In this document: piece after piece, positions 26,900 to 39,849 of the stretch
Numbering within the stretch: the stretch's first letter is position 1
How the letters are laid out: every line of letters begins with the position of its first letter
Assembly: GCF_006345805.1 (NCBI RefSeq)
Contig: NC_043005.1
Location: 13,764,001-13,828,000 of the forward strand
Direction: 5' to 3'
DNA length: 64,000 nt
Source: Octopus sinensis
Lineage: Eukaryota
The notes under the pieces: generated by a model
Told to the model about the DNA's origin: nothing
Databases searched by the model: none
Seen by the model: the letters and a program-made list of their open reading frames with translations, nothing else
Position numbers and translations under genes: made by a program

Positions 26900-29800
26900 A
26901 AAGGGATCTCGAAACATAATCTATCAGGAAGGAGAGGAAAGATTTGGACTTGAAACGGGGAATAGAGAATCATCTGCAAAAGGCGGACCATCGAGGAGAG
27001 AAAGAGGGATCGCAAAGATACGAGAAGAGAAGAAAAAACTCAGAACCAGATGGAGGGATGCAAAGGAGGAGGAAAGAGAAGGGTTAAAACAACTATATGA
27101 AGAGATAAAAAGGAGACATCGAAAACAACTAAGAAAGGAAAGAAGGAAGAACAGAGGAAAGGAGAGAGAGAAAAAAACTATCGTAGTTTTATAAACAACC
27201 CATATCAATACACTAACCGTTTGTTTACTGAAAGTAAGAGCGGAAGTTTGGATTGCACTAAAGAAGAGCTCGAACACCATCTTAAATGGACATACAACGA
27301 TGCTGATAGGAAATACTAGGGCCGAAGAAACTACCTGAACCAAGAGTACCATTCGATTTGAGTGACATCAGGCGGAAAGAAATTGATGAGTTCATTACAA
27401 AAGCAAGACCAAAAAGTTCACCTGAGAACAACGGAGTTAACTATAAGGTTTATAAGTATTGCCCGAAATTGCTTTTACTACTATTTGCCTTGATAAAAGA
27501 AATGTAGAAGAAGAAAGAAGTAGCCGAGCGATGGTGTATAGTTGAAGGTATCTGTTTACTTAAAGAGGAGGCAAAAACACTAGGACCATTCTCTGCTAAA
27601 TATCGATAGGAAGATCGTGTTTGGAATTATTGCCAGCCGAATCACAAGATTCGTACAGCATAACGGATATGTTAATGAAACAATCCAAAAGGCAGGGATC
27701 TGTAGATGCATATATTATGCATTTCCTATCTGGGAAGCTATCAACGGTGCAAAACAACTGAAGAAAAAACCTGTAAATTGTATGGTTAAATCTTGCCAGT
27801 GCATATGGATCTGTTCCATGCGCACTGATTTAAACAGCTGTGGACTTCTTTTGAATTCAACGAATGCTGATGTGTTACTACGATAAACTGAGAGGATGAG
27901 ATTTACCGCAGGAAAGTTCACAACGGAGTAGCAACGGCTTTCAGTAGGTATTGCAGCTGGATGCACGATATCAGTCAACTTATTTGTGCTATTCATGGAG
28001 ATGTTACTAAGATCAACAAAAAGTGAGAAAGCTGATTCAAAGAACCGTTAAGGGCTTTTATGGACGACATAAAGTATAGAATCAGAAAGTATAGAAGCGG
28101 CAGACGGAACGTTAGAGCGGTTGGTCGAACTAATAGGATGGGTGGGAATGAAATTCAAAGCCAAAACATCTCGAAGCGTGTCTTTCGTGAAAGGAGTCCA
28201 AAATTCAGGATAGGAGGTGAAGATATATTAACGGGGAAAAACAACCTGTAAAGAGTCTTAGCAAATGATACAGAGAGATTTACTAAATGATAAGAAGAAA
28301 AGCAAAAAAAAAAAAAAACATGATTTAGTAGAACAGTGACTAAAGGCAATTGACAGAACAACATTACCGGGGGAATTCAAATGCTGGATACTGCAATTTG
28401 GACTGTAACCAAGGATAATGTGGCCATTGCAAATGTACGAAATAGCCTCGAGTAGAGTAGAAAGGATGGAACAAAGATGCAGTGTATTTATCAGAAAATG
28501 GCTTGGTCTTCCAAAACCACTGAATACAACTGCACTATATGGAAGACCCATGCTGCAACTATCTATAACATCAATCGCCGAATAATATAAAGCAGGAAAG
28601 TCAAGGACAGTAATGATGCTAAAGTATTCAAAAGATCAGAACAATCGAGAAAACCCCCCAAAGTACGAACAAGGAGGAAATGGAAAGCCGAAGAAGCAGT
28701 AAACAACGCGATCGGAAAACTAAGGTATGCCGATATTGTGGGAGCGGTTTTGGGTTGCACAATTTCAAGCCATTTTGCATGAGCAGTATAAAACAGATGA
28801 AAGAGGCAGCGGTACACGAAGTGAGAAAGGAGAAAGAAGGCGAAATGTACATTTAGTGCAATGTAGTCAACAGGGACAGTGCCTGAGATGGGAGGAATAC
28901 GTGGTCAGTCGCCGAATCTCATGGAAGGAACTTTGGGCTTGGGAACAAGCAATATCATCCTTCCTGATCAAGTCTACCTTCGACGTTTTACTTTCACCGT
29001 CCAATTTAGTCCGGTGGAACATACAAACGACTGATGAATGTAGATATGGAGAGAGAGCGACGGTGTGACATGTTCTGTAAAACTGCAGGCTAGAACTAGA
29101 CAGATATACATGGCGTCACAGTCAAGTACTCGGTGTCATAAGTGCGGCACTCAAGGAGAAGATCGAGGGATATAATAAGGGAGAGTGCCCAAAACTGGAA
29201 AAGCGCGGAAGGATACACTTCCAGAAGAAGGGAAAAGGACATGAGACCAGGCTTTTAAATAAAGTATACGAGACAGACGAAAGATGGAAGCTGGGAGCTG
29301 GCTGCAGATTTGGAAAGACTGTTAATATTTCCACTCATAAAAACGACAAAAAGACCGGACTTAATCCTGTGGAACACAGAATGAAGAATTGGAATTTTGC
29401 TAGAGCTGACAGTGCCATGGGAAGAGAACATCGCTAATGCAGAGCAACGGAAGGAGAAGATGTATGAGAAATTAATCGAAGAGTGTGAAGAATATGGATG
29501 GACTGTCGAGTATTACCACCTCTCTCCATATCTACATTCAATGAAAGGAAAAAGTTATTTAAAAGCTGGTTTGCATTTTCGACCTCAGAGCTGAGAAAAT
29601 TAATAAGGAGGATACAGGAGGCAGTCGACAAAGCCAGCTTCTATATATAGCTGAAACGAGAAGATGCAATATGTCTCAAAAGCCATAACATGCCATCTGG
29701 GAAATAGCGTCGCTAGGTGAGGCTGGCAGGCACTTAAGCAGCATTGCTGATTAACAGCTGGGCTCTCTTCCTGGTTCGAAGGCTTGTACCACCAAACATC

Positions 29801-29950
29801 TAATCGGTGCTGGCTGCTGGAGCTGAAACTAACACGATACTGTTGCAAGGTTGGTTTAGAGAGGGCGCGGGACAAAACTACGCACCCTTCCTTTCCATTG
29901 GTCAGTTGAAGCTTAGATACTGTCATGTGACAATTAGCTGATGCTGGCTG
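26900..29950 (+). mobile_element. HERO-clade (REL-endonuclease) non-LTR retrotransposon, 5'-truncated, degenerate
   Basis: RRERGIAKIREEKKKLRTRWRDAKEEEREGLKQL; CWILQFGL..IMWPLQMYEIASSRVE..FIRKWLGLP; RYTWRHSQVL after a decayed CCHC; KRPDLILW..LELTVPWEENI (PD-(D/E)xK REL). The homology is not captured by the listed ORFs except 29397-29594. Confidence 0.8.
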
Positions 29951-30099
29951 CTAGAGCCTAACGGCGTGTATTGAAGGGAAATTTGATAGGATGATCATTC
30001 GCCCACTGCCGTTCGTTGATACTGCATCGAAGAAACCAAAGAACAATAAAAAAAAAAAGGAGAAAGAAAAAACGCACTCGACACTAGAGCTGAAGACAC

Positions 30100-30610
30100 C
30101 TCTGAAAGGAGGGAGACCGTCACGTTAAAACGGTAGAGAAGTAGGGTCGAGAAGTAGGACGTGGTTCCTCCTGATGATGTCCTTAGCTACTGGATCCTAT
30201 AAAGGAGCTGTGAGATAGCGAAACGTGGTTGGAATTCCTCCTCGGGGAATGTATTTGCAATGTAACTTTCCGAGGTGAAGCGAAAAGGACAAACATTTAT
30301 GTGTTGAAAATAAAATCATTAAACCTGTTTGGCACGGTTAAAAGTTCGAATGAAGTCGAACTGAGACAAACATTTTAAAAATTATATCCAATTTTTTTTT
30401 TTTTTTTTTTGGAAGATTAAACTGTTGCACTAAACAAAAGCAAGAATCGAGGTAAAAGAAGAGGCAACAGCTGCTTTCAGGCCCAAACGGAACTTGCCGT
30501 TTGCGGCGTTGGACAAGGTCAATAAAAAGCTGGAAAGACTAGAAAGTCTAAATTTGATTGAAAAAGTCGACCATTCAGACTGGGTAGTTTATGTAAAGAA
30601 AAAAAATAAT
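30100..30610 (+). mobile_element. Ty3/Gypsy pol fragment (protease C-terminus to RT start)
   Basis: CICNVTFRGEAKRTNIYVLKIKSLNLFGT followed by FRPKRNLPFAALDKVNKKLERLESLNLIEKVDHSDW..VYVKKKN. Confidence 0.75.
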
Positions 30611-30800
30611 ATTTTTTATTATAAATTATTTAGTTATTAATCCTTTCTTCCAAAATTTGTTGTAAATAATCAACATGCTTTAAAGTATACACAATAAAAA
30701 ATCCATTCCCCAAAATGAACTAGAAATGTAAATATCTTTATTATATATTTTTGTTCTCTAAATTTGGCTACTATTGTGTGTATATATATGTATATATATA

Positions 30801-30842
<42 letters not shown>

Positions 30843-30896
30843 GTGACCTCATGAGCACCGCCAGCAATTTTTTTCCTCTGTCTTCCCTTCTCCTTT

Positions 30897-30931
30897 GTTT
30901 CCGACGAAGAGCTCCGCTCGAAACTTTAAAC
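30897..30931 (+). ncRNA. Minimal hammerhead ribozyme-like motif, second variant family, degenerate
   Basis: gttt-CCGACGA-a-GAGC(tcc)GCTC-GAAAC-ttt-aaac. Core position 4 is C and the cleavage triplet region is mutated. Confidence 0.5.
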
Positions 30932-31028
30932 CCTCCTTCTTCCCTTCTTTCCTGAGCGTCCAATAATACTTTATTTGTTCCACATCCTGGTGTTGCTGTG
31001 TTTTTTTTGTTTTTTTTCTTGTTTGGAT

Positions 31029-31074
<46 letters not shown>

Positions 31075-31656
31075 TACATACACTGGTTGAAAAAATGTTC
31101 AACGGCTTGGAAGTAGATTTCTCTATTGAAGTAAAGTGCAAGGTGAACTAAATGTTCAAACTATACAGACTGATATAAATCATTTATATGAGCTAAAGGT
31201 ATGTTTCTGCCAGTGCTTACTTTTCCTATGATCTGTCTTTGACGTCGGATGTACTAACGGTTGTTTTAAAAATACTTAATAGCGTTCTGTTTATCATTTA
31301 TGCAGTCATCAAAATTGTTATAATGTCTTGTTGTTGACATAGGTTCTCTTTCTTTCCTGATGAGAAGATTACATTATTTTACACCGTTTATTCCTTTGGA
31401 ATAAAACCAATGTTGTCTTCGAAACATATGTCGAAAGTAAAGGAATTTGAATAACACCTGCATTCAACTCTACTTATTTATTTATACTATACAAATTACT
31501 GCACATTAACCCGGAGTTTCTACCTTTGAATAGGTCACTACATCCTTGTTACTCGCGTGAATTTTGCTTCCCTGGTAACTGTTTATTGAATTTTCCGTGT
31601 TAACTGTAAATGAAGGATAATTCATTCATCCATCTGTCTGTCTATCTATCTATCTA

Positions 31657-31707
<51 letters not shown>

Positions 31708-32231
31708 TATATATACCGTTATGTATTGTCTGTCTACACACACACACGCACACACACATATATATATATATGTGTGTGTTTTATTTGGTTTTGTTTTTTG
31801 TTTGTATGTGTGTGCACGCGCACGCTGATGTTCTAGATGATCTCAAGTTTTCATTCGACATTTTCACTTATCAAATAAATAATTTTTCTAATTTTTGGCA
31901 CTAGGCCAGGAATTGTGATGAGAGGAGAAGTTGATTACATCGATCCGGATGCTCAACTGGCTCTCATTCTATCGTATTTGAGGTGAAGAAAAACAAAGTC
32001 AAAGAACCTAACGTATCGTATCTCAACACCGAATGAATTTATTATTACAGGGAACAGGTTAAATATTTTCTCCTCAAAGTATTAGGAAGGCGAAAGGAAT
32101 AATATTCAAACTTTTAATACTTTGAAACATTTTCTTTTGCAGATTAATTTATGCGAGCTCAGTTAAACACCCTAGAAAGTATTTCGATCGAGTAAATAGA
32201 ATTGAGAAGACAGTTGATATATTTTATAAAG

Positions 32232-32416
32232 ATGTTCTGTGTTATTCAAGCACAGCTAAAATTTTTGCTGATTTCTGTATGTATTCTGTTAGTATATGCC
32301 AATCAAACAGATGTATGTGAAGCAATCTGCAAATGTTCGAAACATAGTACTATAAATTGTACTAATCAGAACTTGACTTCGATTCCTCAAGCAATTCCGG
32401 CAGATGTCGTAACTTT
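32232..32416 (+). CDS. LRR gene coding exon 1: signal peptide and LRRNT (MFCVIQAQLKFLLISVCILLVYA...CEAICKCSKHSTINCTNQNLTSIPQAIPADVVT)
   Basis: ATG at 32232 with in-frame TAA at 32193; hydrophobic leader; CxxxCxC..C..LTSIP cap; donor TT|gtaagt. Confidence 0.9.
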
Positions 32417-33608
32417 GTAAGTATTAGACAATTTTTGTAGATTTTCACATACAATGTTTCGTGTTATCATTACTCATCAGCTATTTCTCCTTTATAATCC
32501 TATGCCATTCAGCTCACGGCTTCAGACAACGAAATTTCAGAATAAATAAATCAATACAATGTTTCTCAGTGCATATTAATTTAAATTGATTTTTATAAAA
32601 TAAAGCATTTGACATAACGATCGTATCTAACATGTATTATAACTTTGATTATATATATTTAATACCTGTTCAGTTCAAAATGATAAGAAAGTACGCAAAA
32701 TTTTGTTACTACTGAAATATTTCCTAAATTCGTTGGACATAATTACTTAGTTAATGGAATCATCTAGTCACAGGTGTCTGAAAATTAGACATCTGTCACA
32801 CTCACAAAGTTCCACTTAACTATGCAAATAGTTTAAATTACCAGATTGATTATATGACAAGAAAATATAAAATGGTAATGTATAGAAAATTATTTTTAAT
32901 ATTTTAATTATGGTGGTCAGCATTGAAATTTTCGGATTAATCAACAACACAGAATGTCATAGAGATAAACGCATTCTATTAATTATCAATCCCATAACTT
33001 CACATTTCTGTTGCCCGATCTGTTCCAAGTTACTTGACAACTGAACAAAGTTTTATTTGATTCATTTACTCGCGGTAGTCGGTTCAACTGCTACCAACTG
33101 TTACCATTCATACAGTCTATGGTAGACAACGGTACTGAAGGAACAATTTTTGCAAACATCAAGCACCTTAAAAAGGTGTGATGAAATATAATTTGGAGTC
33201 GTATTAGTTTGGCAAGTGATACGAGATGAATTTAAATTGTATCAGTGATTAAGTTGCAAAATTGCAACAAAAATTTTCACACCTAAATAAATAGATGAAA
33301 AATAAAACTCTCTGTTTAAGACGATATCTCATATTAACAAGTTTCTTAATAAGTTAACAGGTATGTTAACTTTTGAGATACATGTCACCATGTGAATTCT
33401 ATAAATTAGAGTTTAGAGTTTAGTTTTTGCGATTAAGCTGACGTTTGCAATTACTCGATCAAGCTGAGTTAAGATATTTTATTTATTTCTACAATAGTCA
33501 TAATTTTTATTTGTTCAGTTATGTTATATTGGTAAGATATTACATAACATTAAGATTAACCACGATAACCTATAACTCATGTAAAAGTAAATCTCCTTTT
33601 TGACACAG

Positions 33609-33680
33609 ACTCCTGGAAGGAAATAAAATTGCAAATATTGAAAATGGTTCCTTGGAAGGACTCGACACATTAAAGACTTT
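33609..33680 (+). CDS. LRR exon 2 (LLEGNKIANIENGSLEGLDTLKTL)
   Basis: 72 bp, gacacag|...|gtaagt, phase 2-2. Confidence 0.9.
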
Positions 33681-34234
33681 GTAAGTTGGATATATATACA
33701 TATACATATATAAATTGGACGTGCGTGTGTCTGTATGTATGTGTGTTTGTTTTCATGCGCGTGTGTCTAGCAGAGATGCGTCATACGTTTTTACTCTAAT
33801 ACTGATCCTAATCTTGTTTCATACACAAATCTCTCATCCAGCCACCACTCTATAATGTGTTCTGAACGTGAATAAATATGAAAACATAACATTCATTTTC
33901 ACTTTAACTCATATTTAACACAAACATCTCCGTAATATTGACTAGTAACTATTCTCTTTCAAAGAAACTTTTCTTTAATGTTTTACGACACCTCAAAATC
34001 AAAGAAACATTGTAAGATGCGATGAAATTAATTAACTCTTACGTCGAGCAACATATCTCAATTTGCTGCCCTCTAAATTCATTCTTCTGGGTGACTCTGT
34101 GTGTGCAATATATATATATATATAATATAATAATAAGAGTAAATAATTTCTATAAAGGCTTTTAAAAAAAACCCAATTAGTAATATAATAATAAGAGTAA
34201 ATATAATAATAAGAGTAATATAATAATAACGAAT

Positions 34235-34266
<32 letters not shown>

Positions 34267-34277
34267 CGTATACAGAC

Positions 34278-34620
<343 letters not shown>

Positions 34621-35087
34621 CCCTGACAGCTGTGGATAAATTATATTCTGGAAGAAACTCCAAGCAGAAACCATTACTATAAAGGGATAGGAAAAGAGTA
34701 TGGAGTCAGTCTCGAAAATAGATCAAATTGTAGAGTCTGTCAGGCTGGTGGCTGCCTTCTTTGATATTTTTCTACCAATTCCAGGACAGGTGAAGCTTTT
34801 CGCCCCTGTAAAGCAATTCACTCCATTGTTAAACCGATTTTCGGATGGTCACATCAGACATGTTAGCCTGGCGAGTTATTCTGCTCAGGGCTCTAAGTCT
34901 AAACAATGGGATCATATCGCGCACTATGCACAAACAAGATGGACAGCCCTGCAGCTTCAAGGATCTCTTTACATAGCCATCTGAGTGCTTGCAGCTCTTG
35001 TATTTAATCTTCGGACACAAAGAAACTGCTATCGTCATCATGTGCAAATATATACGCACAGGTATATATGTATGCATATATGCATGG

Positions 35088-35162
<75 letters not shown>

Positions 35163-35379
35163 TCGATAGATAGATATAGATATACATAGATAGATATATG
35201 TATGCATGCATATGTGTGTGTGTGTGTGTGTTTTGTGTACTGTGCATATATATAGAATTTAGAATACAAAGCCAATAGTTGTTGAGGTTGTTAAACATAT
35301 TTAGATGTAGAAAATATCATTGAAATTAACACATCCGCAAGTCCATGTTAGCACAACGTTTTCAAGAAGATCCAAAATT

Positions 35380-35512
35380 ATATTATATATACCAACAAGA
35401 TAAATTTATGCAAACCCACTTCTGAATGTTAGAGACATAAGACATCTATAAATTGTACTAATCGGAATTTGACTTCGATTTCTCAAGCAATTTCAGCAAT
35501 TGCAATAGATTT
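35380..35512 (+). pseudogene. Degenerate duplicate of exon 1 (LRRNT pseudoexon)
   Basis: YTNKINLCKPTSEC*RHKTSINCTNRNLTSISQAISAIAIDL versus exon 1 YANQTDVCEAICKCSKHSTINCTNQNLTSIPQAIPADVVTL. In-frame TAG at 35430-35432; donor gtaagt retained. Confidence 0.8.
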
Positions 35513-37081
35513 GTAAGTATTAGACAATTTTTGTAGATTTTCACATACAATGTTTCGTGTTATCATTACTCATCAGCTATTTCTCCTTTATAATCCTATG
35601 CCGTTCAGCTCACGGCTTCAGACAACGCAATTTCAGAATAAATAAATCAATACAATGTTTCTCAGTGCATATTGATTTAAATTGATTTTTATAAAATAAA
35701 GCATTTGACATAACGGTCGTATCTAACATGTATTATAACTTTGATTATATATATTTAATACCTGTTCAGTTCAAAATGATAAGAAAGTACGCAAAATTTT
35801 GTTACTACTGAAATATTTCCTAAATTCGTTGGACATAATTACTTAGTTAATGGAATCATCTAGTCACAGGTGTCTGAAAATTAGACATCTGTCACACTCA
35901 CAAAGTTCCACTTAACTATGCAAATAGTTTAAATTACCAGATTGATTATATGACAAGAAAATATAAAATGGTAATGTATAGAAAATTATTTTTTAATATT
36001 TTAATTATGGTGGTCAGCATTGAAATTTTCGGATTAATCAACAACACAGAATGTCATAGAGATAAACGCATTCTATTAATTATCAATCCCATAACTTCAC
36101 ATTTCTGTTGCCCGATCTGTTCCAAGTTACTTGACAACTGAACAAAGTTTTATTTGATTCATTTACTCGCGGTAGTCGGTTCAACTGCTACCAACTGTTA
36201 CCATTCATACAGTCTATGGTAGACAACGGTACTGAAGGAACAATTTTTGCAAACATCAAGCACCTTAAAAAGGTGTGATGAAATATAATTTGGAGTCGTA
36301 TTAGTTTGGCAAGTGATACGAGATGAATTTAAATTGTATCAATAATTAAGATGCAGAATTGCAACAAAAATTTTCACACCTAAATAAATAGATGAAAAAT
36401 GAAACTAAAATATCAATAAATATATATAAATAAAATGTATTTCTAATAAATTTTACTTGGTGATCATATCTGTCCTATGTTCTCTGGAATTATTTCAACA
36501 ATAACCGAATGGATACTAAACCTTTTCTCCGTTTCATCTAAAAGGGCGGATTAAATACCTTTACATTATTGCATTCTGACCGAATAAAATTTCAGTTTAA
36601 TTTAAATATACCAAAACTATGGTGGATTGATTCAATCAGTTACTGGAATGAGAAGTCATTACCTAAAACAGTGTTTTAGTTCTCAATTTAGATTATTAAA
36701 TAAGTCTCGTATATCGAAGTCCGGTATAATGTTTTAGTTGTTTCGCTCATTTAATGAATTCATCGCTGAATGAATTCACATATCTCCACTCTCTGTTTAA
36801 AACAAATTTGAGCTCTTTTTAGGAGAACAATACCTCAATTATTTACTTTTGACATACCTGTCGCCATATATTTCTATAAATTAGTGTTTATTTTTTGTGA
36901 TTATGCTGACGTTTGAAATTACTTACTCGATCAAGCTGAGTTAAGATATTTTATTTATTTGTACGAGAGACATGTTTTTTAATTTCTTCAGTTATGTTAT
37001 ATTGGTAAGATATTACACAACATTAAGATAAACAACGATAACCGAAAACTCATGCAAAAATAAATCTCCTGTCTGATACAG

Positions 37082-37153
37082 ATTCCTGGGAAATAATATG
37101 ATTACAAATATTGAAGATGGTTCCTGGAAAGGACTCAGCAAGTTACAGAATTT
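37082..37153 (+). CDS. LRR exon 3 (FLGNNMITNIEDGSWKGLSKLQNL), paralog of exon 2
   Basis: 72 bp, gatacag|...|gtaagt; flanking introns homologous to those of exon 2. Confidence 0.85.
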
Positions 37154-37247
37154 GTAAGTCGGGTATATTATTCACTAACACAGTATTACATATGTGTGGG
37201 GGGCGGGTGCGTGCGTGTGTGTGTGCCTGTGTTTGTGTGTGTGTGCC

Positions 37248-37294
<47 letters not shown>

Positions 37295-37947
37295 TTTCAC
37301 GCGCGTGTGTCTAGCAGAGACACGTCATACACTTTTAATCTGATACCGATTCTAATCGTGTTTCATACACAAATCTTTCATTCAGCCAGCACTATATCTT
37401 TCTCAAGATATTCCTAATTTCTTTCTTACATTCTACCCCAACCGTACACTGCCATTTAATCCTGCGGTCGCTCTCTAATCAAAGCAATAAATCTGACATC
37501 TTTTTGCACCTGCATACCCTTTGACAATTTAAATCACCTAATTAGTCGCAGCTAATATACCATCTGACACACCAAACGCGTCTCAGTGTCATAATAAACT
37601 ATTGCGACCAGGATCTTCCCATCCGCCACCTAATCAAAGCCATAATTCCATAAAACTCAGTTATAGTTGGACACTCAAGTAGTTCTGGAAAACAACTCTC
37701 TTTAACACTTGAAGAATATTACTTACTACAACACAGATTCACTGTACACGACCGTAAAGCACGCGAGACTATTGTCAGAAAATCAATGGACAACGCTGCA
37801 ATGGAGATATCAAGCATTATCCCGTGTCCCACCATCTTTTGTTTCAGCAAGTTGCCCGGACCAAAGACACTCTTTCTCTCTGACTATTCCCGTCTTCTAC
37901 AACATTTTGATATCATAAAACAGTTTTCGCTAAATAGTTAGCACAGT

Positions 37948-38290
37948 GAGAATGGGGGGACCCCCTTCGGTCATGAATGACCATGGGATTGCACCTAGAA
38001 AGTTACCTTCCGAGGTACAAGTCCGGACAAGGTTGTTATATGAAAGGCCAGCAGTCGCCCATGCATACCAGCAAGCCTTCTCTCTCCACACCACTGATGT
38101 TATCCAAGGGAACGGTAAAGACCGATACAGCTTGGCACCAGTGACGTCGCAACTACAGCTGAATTAACTGGAGCAATGTGAATTAAAGTGTCTTGTTCAA
38201 GAACACAACACACATCCCGGTCCGGGAATCAAACTCACAACCTCACGATCGTAAGCTCGATGCTCTAACCACTGAGCCATGCGCCTTCAC
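37948..38290 (-). mobile_element. Full-length tRNA-derived SINE with 12-bp TSD
   Basis: TSD agttagcacagt at 37936-37947 and 38291-38302; RC head gtgaaggcgcatggctcagtggttagagc. Confidence 0.9.
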
Positions 38291-38690
38291 AGTTAGCACA
38301 GTAAATATAGCCGTAACAGACACAAAACGTAACGTAAAGTAAGGCTCAATAACTGGTGAAATTTGACACGCACAATAGACATAATAGATACTGACTGTCT
38401 GACTTTATAGTGGCCTCTCATACTGCTTTATCACGTGGGAAGAGGAGTACCATTTTCACTACAACAAATCCGCATCAATATATTAATGAGGTGTGTATAA
38501 TTTCCGCACATCTCCGTCTACAGACGTCCATCTACATAAATATTTTCATTAATATCAATATTTATGATGATTTCTTGTTTTGTATTAAGCTTTTCTTTTT
38601 CTTTGAGACAAATTGTTTAGGCTTAACATTTTACATTTTATCACATATCTGCTTTATATCATGTCTTGTGAACTCACTTTCATATTGCAG

Positions 38691-38759
38691 ATACCTGGAA
38701 GATAATAAAATCAACAATATAGACAGAGCTTTCAAAGGCTTGGACAATTTACATATCTT
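38691..38759 (+). CDS. LRR exon 4 (YLEDNKINNIDRAFKGLDNLHIL), 69 bp
   Basis: attgcag|...|gtaagt, 23-aa repeat, phase 2-2. Confidence 0.9.
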
Positions 38760-38853
38760 GTAAGTGAGCTCAGAATTGTCAACATATTTTCATTAACATT
38801 ACTTTTTACCATTTAAAATCTGTTTTCTCTCTTTCCCTCTCAGCCTTTCATTC

Positions 38854-38934
<81 letters not shown>

Positions 38935-38936
38935 CC

Positions 38937-39370
38937 GTTCAGATATAGTGAAAGTATGGTCCATCTTTATCCGAGCTTTAACAAATTGCTTCATAATGCC
39001 AAGTTTGAGAAGGAATGGAGGTAGGATAATTTCTCCCGGTTGAACTAAAGATTCTTCAACCACATTAAAAGACCCTCGAACTAATGATCGCTCTGGTCAT
39101 TCTTTGATCACCCAGTATCTTCCCTGTTTGGCCATTTTACTGAAAAACGCATGGAAATTTGGTGCGTCTACTTTGTTGCCCAAGGAGAAAATTAACCTTG
39201 TTAAAGTTCACACATATCAGCCCCTGACGATTGCAGTGCTTAATTCTCTCTGGCACTGCTTTTACCACTTCATATTTATCTGCTATTTTTGCAGAGTGAG
39301 CAACTGGAACAGCAGCCAATATATTTTCATTATGAAGCACATAGTATTTCAAATTCTATCACATTTACAT
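38937..39370 (-). mobile_element. Intronic Chapaev3-like transposase fragment (partial second copy at ~39700-39830)
   Basis: LPPFLLKLGIMKQFVKA and VPVAHSAK..FLLGQQSRRTKFPC match the element at 17-19 kb. Confidence 0.7.
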
Positions 39371-39436
39371 GACTGAGTGTGTAAAAGATTGTAAAATTGT
39401 TACTTCAAATGTTATATAATTACTTTTGTATTACAG

Positions 39437-39508
39437 AGAACTGAGAAACAATAAAATTACAACCATTGATGAACGGTCCTTCCAGTTCCTTTCCAATTTA
39501 AAAGAAAT
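39437..39508 (+). CDS. LRR exon 5 (ELRNNKITTIDERSFQFLSNLKEI)
   Basis: 72 bp, ttacag|...|gtaagt. Confidence 0.9.
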
Positions 39509-39849
39509 GTAAGTTAAATGCACCTATGTTTTTCTTTTCTCATAATACTGATATTCATTAGCTTGATCACTTTCTTTCACATCTCCCTCACAATAAAAAT
39601 TCCGTGTCTGTCTTCAGTCCTCCAGCTGCTGATTTTCCCGTAGCTGCGCTACAGCTTGTATGGACAATGCCATGAGAATCTCGCTCACTCTTCAAAACTG
39701 GATGGCGTTTATCCAGCTTTGCAACTTCTACTTTCACCAGTTCGTATTTATCTGCTAGTTTTGCAGAATGAGCAACTGAAACAATATCCAATACATTTTC
39801 ATTATGAAGCAGATAATATTTTGTCCAGTGTGCGAAAGGTACCTTCGAG

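Noticed and set aside
30165-30240. CTGATGA...GCGAAAC resembling a hammerhead
   Set aside because: No closing stem II pair next to GAAA and no stem I; lies within a decayed Gypsy protease region.
34700-35050. Non-repetitive segment with minus-strand GYVKRSLKLQGCPSC (possible THAP9/P-element remnant, or an extra exon)
   Set aside because: Too short and ambiguous to assign; no LRR register or splice pattern on the + strand.
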